Positions 8,977-16,665 of a DNA stretch of 55,191 bases are shown in pieces (position 1 is the first letter of the stretch; every line of letters starts with the position of its first letter). The notes beneath the pieces are model-generated. The model was not told where the DNA came from, searched no databases, and saw only the letters and a program-made list of their open reading frames with translations. Source of the stretch: Bdellovibrionales bacterium (GTDB lineage Bacteria > Bdellovibrionota > Bdellovibrionia > Bdellovibrionales > UBA840); contig JBBKWS010000014.1 in NCBI GenBank assembly GCA_037969075.1, positions 1-55,191 of the forward strand. Direction: 5' to 3'. Both the position numbers and the translations under genes were made by a program.

Positions 8977-8992
8977 TGGCACCATGCTTGCT
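8977..8992 (+). promoter_or_regulatory. sigma-54 (RpoN) -24/-12 promoter for the lytic transglycosylase gene
   Basis: TGGCACcatgcTTGCT matches the consensus TGGCAC-N5-TTGCW exactly in both elements and spacing. It lies about 34 nt upstream of the ATG at 9026, followed by SD AAGGGGG. Confidence 0.55.
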
Positions 8993-9025
8993 TTATTAAG
9001 TAGTAAGTGTGTTAAGGGGGATTAA

Positions 9026-9754
9026 ATGAAACGTATTATATCAGTTTACATAACAACAGTTATTGTAGGTTTCTTATTTACTAATAATGCCTACGTTGCA
9101 GTTACAAAACTACCTTCTGTTAACGTAGAGTCAGCATTTAACCATCAAGTAGAGTTAGTGGGCAGCAAGCGCGCCAGCGGCGTATTAGAGGCTACTAAAG
9201 GTACTAGTCAGATCGCAAGCCAAATCGTTTATCAACTAGTCTCAGAAAACTTACCAAAGAAACATAAGCACCAAGCCAGAAAACTAGCTACTACAATAGT
9301 AACAGAGGCCAACAAATACGGTATGGACCCACTATTTTTAGTCTCTGTAATCAGGCACGAATCAACCTTTAATCCTGATGCAATCGGCTTAGTAGGAGAA
9401 ATTGGGTTAATGCAAATTCGTCCAACTACTGCAGAATGGCTAAACAAAAAATTCAAAATTGTTAAGAAGATCAACTTAAAGGACCCATCAAATAATGTTA
9501 TTATAGGAGCTTTTTACTTTAACAACTTAAGAACTAAGTTCTCTCAAAATAGCAGATGGTACATCTCGGCCTACAATATGGGAGCGACTAAACTAAAGCG
9601 TAACATCGCCCAAAATGTTAGACCTAAGGAGTATGTACAAAACGTGATGAAACATTATGTGAAATATGTAAAAAGATTAAATGTGGCCTATGAAATGGCT
9701 GGCGAAGTTGTATCTAACAGCACATCGACGACGAGCGTAGCATCGATTGATTAG
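9026..9754 (+). CDS. soluble lytic transglycosylase (SLT domain) family protein
   Basis: Catalytic motif region VIRHESTFNPDAIGLVGEIGLMQI (E-S...GLMQ) plus downstream AYNMG. N-terminal signal/anchor. Strong SD. Confidence 0.85.
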   Translation: MKRIISVYITTVIVGFLFTNNAYVAVTKLPSVNVESAFNHQVELVGSKRASGVLEATKGTSQIASQIVYQLVSENLPKKHKHQARKLATTIVTEANKYGMDPLFLVSVIRHESTFNPDAIGLVGEIGLMQIRPTTAEWLNKKFKIVKKINLKDPSNNVIIGAFYFNNLRTKFSQNSRWYISAYNMGATKLKRNIAQNVRPKEYVQNVMKHYVKYVKRLNVAYEMAGEVVSNSTSTTSVASID

Positions 9755-9757
9755 ATG

Positions 9758-10903
9758 CTACTCTAAAATCAAATGAAAAAACTTTAAATATCTCAGCTCG
9801 CGGCCAACATGTAGAAAAGGATGGTCGGCTGCTTGCCCGGTAACTCTAAAAATTTGACCAGAGGTTCTTGCTTTTGATAAGGCCTCTTCAATCATTGCAA
9901 AGAACTCTTCAAAGCTAATATGACTTGAGCATGAACTTAAAATCAAACTGCCGCCAGGATTCAAGCGTTTTGCACTATCAGCAAAAACTTCTGTGTATTT
10001 TGTCATTGCCTTATACTTATCTCTTTCATTATGTGCCATTGAAGGAGGATCTACGATGATCATGTCCCATTTCTCTTGCGTAGTTTTAATAAATTCAAAG
10101 GCATCTTCTTTTTTTATTTCATGCTTTTCTATTGGCAGATCATTTAACACCCAATTATCAGTAGCATAATCTAGAGCATCTTTTGCTACATCTACGCTAG
10201 TTACGTGCTTTGCTCCGCCAAACCCTGCAAACATCGAAAACCCGCCAGTGTAACTAAATAGGTTTAGTACTGTTTTATCCTTCGCATGAGTTCTAATGTA
10301 TTCTCTATTTTCTCGCTGATCTAAAAAGAATCCCGTCTTTTGGCCCTTAATGATATTCACTTTAAATTTCACAGAGTTTTCTAAAATAATAACGTCCTCT
10401 TCGACTTCTTTACCCCACGACTGAAAGTTGGCCTTATCTTCTCTGGATCTGGCAATCACTGTATCCACATTGGCATTTTTTAATAACCACTTTGCAATTT
10501 CTTCTTTAGGCCAAAAATCATAAGCCCCCTGTCCATCCAACTGCACTACAGCTATATTGGCATATACATCACAAACTAAACCTGGAAGCTTGTCGCCCTC
10601 ACCATTAAACAGACGGTAGCTATTAGTTTTGGTTTTATCTAAATATGATCTGAAATTCAGGGCCAATTGCATTTTATCAAAATAAAAATTTAAATCTGGT
10701 TTATCTTTTTTAAGACTTATCACCCTTACAGCAATGGGGCTTTTTGCATCATAGTAGCCCCAGCCTAAATGTAGATCCTTACTATCCACAACATGACATA
10801 GTTGCGTTTTTGCATCCGTTGGTAAAATAGCATCCCTATAAATCCATGGATGGCCTTGTAATATACTCTTTCTTAAATTTTTACTTAATTTTACTTCTAG
10901 CAT
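9758..10903 (-). CDS. rlmI: class I SAM-dependent rRNA (cytosine-C5) methyltransferase, RlmI-like (PUA + MTase)
   Basis: N-terminal GHPWIYRDAI motif, as in the RlmI/RlmK PUA-like region. SAM-binding LNLFSYTGGFS and DPPS catalytic motif (IIVDPPSMA). 381 aa. Confidence 0.75.
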   Translation of the reverse strand: MLEVKLSKNLRKSILQGHPWIYRDAILPTDAKTQLCHVVDSKDLHLGWGYYDAKSPIAVRVISLKKDKPDLNFYFDKMQLALNFRSYLDKTKTNSYRLFNGEGDKLPGLVCDVYANIAVVQLDGQGAYDFWPKEEIAKWLLKNANVDTVIARSREDKANFQSWGKEVEEDVIILENSVKFKVNIIKGQKTGFFLDQRENREYIRTHAKDKTVLNLFSYTGGFSMFAGFGGAKHVTSVDVAKDALDYATDNWVLNDLPIEKHEIKKEDAFEFIKTTQEKWDMIIVDPPSMAHNERDKYKAMTKYTEVFADSAKRLNPGGSLILSSCSSHISFEEFFAMIEEALSKARTSGQIFRVTGQAADHPFLHVGRELRYLKFFHLILE

Positions 10904-10964
10904 AGATAAGGGTGATAACCCCTTGCTTCTTAATATTCAACTTGAATATCAAATATTAAAGGAT

Positions 10965-11360
10965 TTACCCATTACCGCCCTTAGATTCTCTTTCATAAAC
11001 TTTCTGGCTTTGTGTAATCAGATCGACCTCTATAGGCTTAAATGTCTTTAACGTGTCAGCGTACATCTTTTTATTAGCTTTAAATAGAGGAGCCAGTAGC
11101 TCTGCCCCGTAGTTAGATTTATCATTTTGCAGTAAAAACAAATGCACCTTCATGATTTTTAACATCGTAGCTTTATCTACATTATTCCCGGCTTTTACAA
11201 TTCTTTCTAAGAGTAAATAACCTTCATCAACTGTATCAGAGCGAACTTCTTTTAGTTGGCTGACTGAAAATAAATACGTATCAAGAGTAACCTCGTGCTC
11301 TTGCGCATGAGAAAAACTAAGGCTACCTAGAACGAGGGCAAGTATAATTTGAGTTTTCAT
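10965..11360 (-). CDS. small secreted protein (131 aa), candidate partner or immunity protein of the upstream hydrolase
   Basis: Signal peptide MKTQIILALVLGSLSFSHA|QE. Strong SD AAGGAGtgaagaaaaATG lies inside the 3' end of the upstream gene (38-nt overlap). Confidence 0.7.
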   Translation of the reverse strand: MKTQIILALVLGSLSFSHAQEHEVTLDTYLFSVSQLKEVRSDTVDEGYLLLERIVKAGNNVDKATMLKIMKVHLFLLQNDKSNYGAELLAPLFKANKKMYADTLKTFKPIEVDLITQSQKVYERESKGGNG

Positions 11361-12489
11361 TTTTCTTCACTCCTTTTGTGTCTTTTACATATACACCGAT
11401 TAAAGTTCTACCTCTACCACTTAATCCATTACTAATACGACCTGTTCTAGATGATTCTGTATAATAATCACTTATAAATCCACCTTCACCTACATCACCT
11501 GATTTAATTTCAATATGACCATATTTTCCGCCATCATATACTAAGATAGCACCTTTTGGCGCATCATATGGGTTTCGAATCATCTTACCCCACTCGGGTT
11601 TATTTAATAAATTTGTGTAGCCCTCTCTTTTAAGCGCTGGCCCCGCCCCTTTAGCAGGAACACCATTTAAATAAGATGAACTCAGGTTACCACCCAACAG
11701 TGCATTCTTAACATATCGATAACAATAGCCTGTAGATCTGGGCCGAACATTTCTTTTTGCACATTGTATCATTGCATTCACTTCAGGGCTTTCACTATAG
11801 TCCTTGACCATCTTTTCATCTGTGCCCAGTTGTTCCGTAGAAACCACCTCTTCGATTTCATCATACATATCAATCAATTCAGATCTAAATGCACTATTAT
11901 CTTTACTACAATTAATACAACCAGCAGCTCCTTCTGTCTCATTTCCATCAATAGGATCTAAGCCATCCGAAATTGGCGGGTCCTTTTCGACATAAGTATA
12001 ATCTCTTAGCTCTTCTAAATAATCCCTGTAGACAAAAGCTTCTTTAACTTTACAACCCGGCATTTTTTCTACGTTTACTTTTAACCAATTGGGATTTTTA
12101 ACGGATGGGCCAATCACCGAAATAATATCACCTTGCTTTAAGTTACACTGAATCTTAGATTGACTGGATTCACTAGCTCTAACACGTAAACCATTCGGTG
12201 CATTGATTACCTGTGCCGTTTCAAACATCCCTAGTGGCTTAAACAGCGGACTGCCAAACACCCAACCCTCTGTGATTTTATTATCTTTACAACCTTTTAC
12301 CGTCGATAGATCTACACGGTACCAACCATCCTTTTTTTCCTTAATACTAAGTTCCGATGCATTGGGCGCAGAGCATAGTTTGGTGTTGGTAACACCGGCA
12401 CCGCTTCTTACATTTAATGAGCTAGCATTTACACGACCGTAGTCAGATGCATGGGACATTTGAAAGAAGAAAATGATTAGGTATAACAC
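11323..12489 (-). CDS. secreted 2x SH3b-domain protein with C-terminal papain-like (CHAP/NlpC-P60-type) Cys-His hydrolase domain
   Basis: Two SH3b-like repeats (LNVRSGAG...GWYRV and LRVRASES...NWLKV). The C-terminus has a candidate nucleophile in STGYCYRYVKNAL and a His in PKGAILVYDGGKYGHIEIK, the usual CHAP-type spacing. Confidence 0.6.
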   Translation of the reverse strand: MLYLIIFFFQMSHASDYGRVNASSLNVRSGAGVTNTKLCSAPNASELSIKEKKDGWYRVDLSTVKGCKDNKITEGWVFGSPLFKPLGMFETAQVINAPNGLRVRASESSQSKIQCNLKQGDIISVIGPSVKNPNWLKVNVEKMPGCKVKEAFVYRDYLEELRDYTYVEKDPPISDGLDPIDGNETEGAAGCINCSKDNSAFRSELIDMYDEIEEVVSTEQLGTDEKMVKDYSESPEVNAMIQCAKRNVRPRSTGYCYRYVKNALLGGNLSSSYLNGVPAKGAGPALKREGYTNLLNKPEWGKMIRNPYDAPKGAILVYDGGKYGHIEIKSGDVGEGGFISDYYTESSRTGRISNGLSGRGRTLIGVYVKDTKGVKKNENSNYTCPRSR

Positions 12490-12593
12490 TACAATTATAT
12501 CGGTATTTTTAAGTAGTTACGCGATCTAACAACACGCTTTAGTCTAAATTACCTAAGGATTTAGACTAATGTCACAATAACAATCAATATACT

Positions 12594-13931
12594 CTAAATA
12601 ATCTCTACTTTATCGATTTCTAGTAATGATTTAGCCTCAACTAACTTGGACCTTGGTACTAATAACTGCATTTTATATATTGGCGAAATAAAAGCATAGA
12701 GTCTACGAAACTCGAAACCTTGAACAAGGCAATCTATATCCATAGAAATTAAATATTTTTTAATAACCGTCATATATTGAAAATTATCAAATTCCCCTAG
12801 CGTCGCCACATCACTATGCTTCCTGATAAACATAAAATGTTCTAAAATATCTTTTCCAATAAAATATAAAAGTAGTAAGTACGCTAAACTGATCCACTGT
12901 AGGGCCAAACGTCCATCAGATTCAAACGGCCTAGGCATCGATAATAAGAAAGAAACTACCACTACAATCAACAAATATTTCATTGAAGTAAAAAAATATG
13001 TTTTTTCAGAAAGTGAATTCATACTTATAGTAACATTGTTTTTTAATCTTTTAGAACTATAAGCCAGCCAGTATGAAAACAGACTTACCACTAAAAATAG
13101 TAGTGTAAATACGATGGTATACATCCAATCCGGCGGCATATACTTAGCCCAAGAACTCTCCGGCCATAACATGGGCGGAAGCAAAACTAAGTTGTAAGAC
13201 CAAATAATGGCAAAAACGCCTTGGGCTACTGGCGGTACATCATACAAAAGTCTTTTATTTTTAAAAGTAATGTCCGTCATAGCCTTGGGTTTAAATACAA
13301 AATAATATAATATCCAGATAAATAGAAAAAAGAAAATTATCCCTGGAAAATAAAAATTCGCGCTATCATTAATAAAATACTTCACATCATTGAATATAGT
13401 TTTTCCCGTATATATAATTATATCAAAAACAACCAGAACGCCAAATCCATTCGCTAGCCCGCGCTTTGTCATCCAATAGCCTAGAATAAATAAAGTTACT
13501 GCACCTGTGAAAAAAAATAGATAAATAAGTGGGATCACAAGACTTGAAGTAAACATAGAACCATGATCTTGAGCCGGGCTTATTGCAAAGTTTTGCAGTT
13601 CACTGTAAATTGTAACCAAGATCAGTACCGCACTTAAAACTAAGGCTAAAATATTGATTTTGTCCCTTCCATTGCGTCCCGTCTTTCGCCACTTAGAAAC
13701 CGGAGGAAGCACAAAAGATAGTAACTCACTAAAAAAGAACCCCATAATCACTGGCCCCAAACCTAAGCCAAAGAAACTAAAACGATTTGCCTCTAATACA
13801 GGAGACAATCTAATGAATTGGTACATAGAATCTGATAAAAATGGCACATGAATATGATTACCTAAAATATATAAAAAAATACCAATGAAGCTAACCAGTA
13901 AGGCTTTATAATGTGACTGCAGTTGGCTCAT
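12594..13931 (-). CDS. divergent SecY-like polytopic membrane protein with C-terminal DUF2007-like soluble domain (445 aa)
   Basis: By-eye collinear similarity to E. coli SecY (recalled from memory): SFFGLGLGPVIMGFFFSELLSFVLPPVSKWRKTGRNGRDKIN vs [42 protein letters not shown], and TGAVTLFILGYWMTKRGLANGFGVLVVF vs [27 protein letters not shown]. It lacks the GIRPG loop, and the last ~70 aa resemble DUF2007. Confidence 0.55.
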   Translation of the reverse strand: MSQLQSHYKALLVSFIGIFLYILGNHIHVPFLSDSMYQFIRLSPVLEANRFSFFGLGLGPVIMGFFFSELLSFVLPPVSKWRKTGRNGRDKINILALVLSAVLILVTIYSELQNFAISPAQDHGSMFTSSLVIPLIYLFFFTGAVTLFILGYWMTKRGLANGFGVLVVFDIIIYTGKTIFNDVKYFINDSANFYFPGIIFFFLFIWILYYFVFKPKAMTDITFKNKRLLYDVPPVAQGVFAIIWSYNLVLLPPMLWPESSWAKYMPPDWMYTIVFTLLFLVVSLFSYWLAYSSKRLKNNVTISMNSLSEKTYFFTSMKYLLIVVVVSFLLSMPRPFESDGRLALQWISLAYLLLLYFIGKDILEHFMFIRKHSDVATLGEFDNFQYMTVIKKYLISMDIDCLVQGFEFRRLYAFISPIYKMQLLVPRSKLVEAKSLLEIDKVEII

Positions 13932-13955
13932 ACAATAAGGCTAGTATATCGCCTC

Positions 13956-13984
13956 TTGCATAACAACAAAAATATCAATACTAT
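13956..13984 (+). promoter_or_regulatory. sigma-70-type promoter giving a probable leaderless rnhA transcript
   Basis: TTGCAT-N17-TACTAT, followed by only 5 nt (aaatc) before the ATG at 13990. No SD. Confidence 0.4.
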
Positions 13985-13989
13985 AAATC

Positions 13990-14448
13990 ATGAAGTTCAA
14001 ATCTCTTAACTTTATAAAAAAAAGTGCAGCTATAGATATATACACTGACGGCAGTGTAAAGAATAATACTGCGACTTGGGCTTATATTGTTACGTTCAAC
14101 GGTAAAATCATAAAAAAAGACTACGGGAAACTAAATATTGTCGATTGTAACTACGCCGAATTCACAGCTGTGATCAAAGCCATAGAGACAATAACAAAAC
14201 CCAGTCGGATAAACATTCATACGGATTCAAGAGTGGTTGTTGATACCATGAGTCTTTGGGCTTCCGATTGGAATCAACAGGGATGGCTTAAGAAAAATAA
14301 GCGACCCATTCCTTTTGTTGAAACCATCAAACAATTATATTTTTTGAGCCTAAATCATAAAATACAATGGCAATGGGTAAAGTCACATTCTGGAGACCGA
14401 TTCAATGAAGATTGTGACCACCTCTGCAACATTGCGCACTCTATCTAA
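13990..14448 (+). CDS. rnhA: ribonuclease HI
   Basis: IYTDGS...TWAYIV, HTDSRVVVDTM..W...W...GW, and WQWVKSHSGDRFNEDCDHL match the RNase H DEDD architecture. 152 aa. Confidence 0.85.
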   Translation: MKFKSLNFIKKSAAIDIYTDGSVKNNTATWAYIVTFNGKIIKKDYGKLNIVDCNYAEFTAVIKAIETITKPSRINIHTDSRVVVDTMSLWASDWNQQGWLKKNKRPIPFVETIKQLYFLSLNHKIQWQWVKSHSGDRFNEDCDHLCNIAHSI

Positions 14449-15509
14449 TCAAATAAAGATCCGCATGTTTTCTTTTTAAAGATGTCCATCGTATTTATCT
14501 TTACACCTAAACTATTTTTTATGTCGTAATAAAAGTATGCCAAAAACCCTGTGATGCCAACTGTTGTAACAATAACCTGACTCGAAAACTGACCTGCCCA
14601 AAAGCCAGGGTTGACAAAAGACATTACAAAATCAATTCCATTGATCAGACGGCTTTGTGACTTAGGAGTAATTACACTACCTTGTCTCTCGGACCGTAAC
14701 TTTTCCCAACGGCTCGCTGCCATTTTCCAAGAAGATAAAAACATTGTAACAACTGTAGCAAGATAGGCCGATTTAATGTATAATTCAGAGGATGAAAACG
14801 CTTCCACATAGGATTGAAAATCAGCCCCTGTCATACCTAAAAAAGGAACTAACATAGAGAAGTTCATTGCGTAGTTAATCAAAAAATTAGTAGCGCCTTC
14901 TATCCCCGACAATCGCTTTGAACTCATGCTAGGATTTTGTTTTTTAGCTATAGATGTTGTTTTTGACATCAATGAACTTACAAAATCGACTCCTGGCATG
15001 TGACCATTGCGCTTGGGAATATATAGGACTTCCATCATAATATAATTTAAAATTCCTGCATACGCTGCAATAGCTAAACTACTACCCGTTCCAACAAATA
15101 ACCCTGAACCGAGACCTACACACCTAATAATTAAAAGTGTGCGCAATCCATTCTGTTCATTGGCACTTACTCTATCTACCTCGGGAGGCAAGAGCTCATT
15201 GAGCTTGTTTTCTTCAAAAACTCTAATTGAAATATTTCTTTCTGTTGCGCTTGCAGAGATGACATCACGGATCCCCATAGAGGCTGAATCATAGGTAAGC
15301 GTTAACTGCGGACTCTTCTCTCGTTTTAAAACCTCATTAATCGCTTGAGCCAGCATATTTTTAGGCATGCTATGTTGCTCAATTTCTATGTCATAGTTAC
15401 CTATAGCATTCTTAAGCGTAATTGTATTAGACCTGATGATCTCATTCGGGGCGGCAGCTAGAGCTGAAAATAGTAAATATATTAAAAGCATATCCATTGG
15501 GGTATCCAT
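14445..15509 (-). CDS. hypothetical membrane protein (354 aa)
   Basis: Intact ORF with N-terminal signal/anchor and several hydrophobic segments (LLIIRCVGLGSGLFVGTGSSLAIAAYAGIL, VVTMFLSSW, VIVTTVGITGFLAYFYY). No family recognised. Confidence 0.6.
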   Translation of the reverse strand: MDTPMDMLLIYLLFSALAAAPNEIIRSNTITLKNAIGNYDIEIEQHSMPKNMLAQAINEVLKREKSPQLTLTYDSASMGIRDVISASATERNISIRVFEENKLNELLPPEVDRVSANEQNGLRTLLIIRCVGLGSGLFVGTGSSLAIAAYAGILNYIMMEVLYIPKRNGHMPGVDFVSSLMSKTTSIAKKQNPSMSSKRLSGIEGATNFLINYAMNFSMLVPFLGMTGADFQSYVEAFSSSELYIKSAYLATVVTMFLSSWKMAASRWEKLRSERQGSVITPKSQSRLINGIDFVMSFVNPGFWAGQFSSQVIVTTVGITGFLAYFYYDIKNSLGVKINTMDIFKKKTCGSLFD

Positions 15510-15840
15510 TATTAATAAAAATTAAGGACTATAAAAACACGTAATGTGGGTGGGTATTAAAATATAATAGTGCTAGAAGCACCAATGCCAATGAAATGTA
15601 TGATTAGAAAAAATTGGTAAGGCTGTTAAGTTCATCTGCGTTTACATCTACCTAACTTGAACTTATGTTTCTATGATTTTTTAAAGAATACTGAAATATC
15701 TGTAATAATTCATCAATGCCATTAAGAAGACTTCTCTGTGGCATAATAGATTGTTTGGATAACTTGGAATTTTTTACTTTCCGCGTATTTTCAGTGCATA
15801 TGACCTATGGGTGCTGCTAACACTAAACCTAGGAGCTAAT

Positions 15841-16665
15841 ATGTTTATACTAAGTCTTTTATGCACTTTAGTTTTTAGTCTTACCGATTTACAAAGCCAG
15901 GCGGTTGAGAAAGCTGGTAATCATTTACTCTATACTACGGAAATTGTAGAAGTAACTATTGCTGGCGTACCCAGAGAAGTAGTTATTTTAGGAGAAATGC
16001 ACAAAAAGACGAAAGCAGCTAGCGAATTGGGTGAGGCTGTAATCACCCAATTTAAGTACCGAGGCATAGAAATGCCTCCCATCAATGATATCAATGCCTC
16101 ATATATTCAAGCAGCACTTATAGGATTTGCAGTTGCCGTGGACCGTAGCATTGGCGCCATCCGTAAATGGATAGGATTAGAAAAAGGCGCTACTAGCGTC
16201 TTAGACACCATGTATAGTGGCTTCTTTATTACCCAAGAAAATCAGGTTGTGTTTAATGGCTATCTAGTTGGTATGCTAAGAGCAGATGGTTTTTATTACG
16301 ATGAAACTAGAGTTAAAAAACTAATACCCCAACTACCGAGTGACAAAACCGAACTATTCTTTACACTATTAAAAAAACATACTGACCGAGCGCTAGATGC
16401 CCGAACAAAAGTAGACTCCGGCTTTCTAAATATAAAAAGTATCAACCCTTTCCCATCTCATCCAAAACTTATAACTAAAGATTTTTCTGATTCACTTACC
16501 CTAGGGCTAGAGTTTGGAGATCTAAAACATTTTTCATCTAGAAATGAACGAATGGCTAAAAATATTATAGCTTTTTTAGAGCAATATCCAGAAGCCACCG
16601 AAATGCTCGTAATTGTCGGAGCACTTCATGTATCACCAGTAAGAAAGCTTCTTTTGGGCAACTAA
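15841..16665 (+). CDS. TraB/GumN/Tiki-superfamily protein (secreted)
   Basis: VVILGEMHKKT near the N-terminus and ERMAKNII...MLVIVGALHV near the C-terminus fit the GxxH...GxxH signature of the TraB/ChaN/Tiki superfamily. Start is set at the ATG preceded by TAGGAGctaat; the GTG at 15811 is less likely. Confidence 0.5.
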   Translation: MFILSLLCTLVFSLTDLQSQAVEKAGNHLLYTTEIVEVTIAGVPREVVILGEMHKKTKAASELGEAVITQFKYRGIEMPPINDINASYIQAALIGFAVAVDRSIGAIRKWIGLEKGATSVLDTMYSGFFITQENQVVFNGYLVGMLRADGFYYDETRVKKLIPQLPSDKTELFFTLLKKHTDRALDARTKVDSGFLNIKSINPFPSHPKLITKDFSDSLTLGLEFGDLKHFSSRNERMAKNIIAFLEQYPEATEMLVIVGALHVSPVRKLLLGN

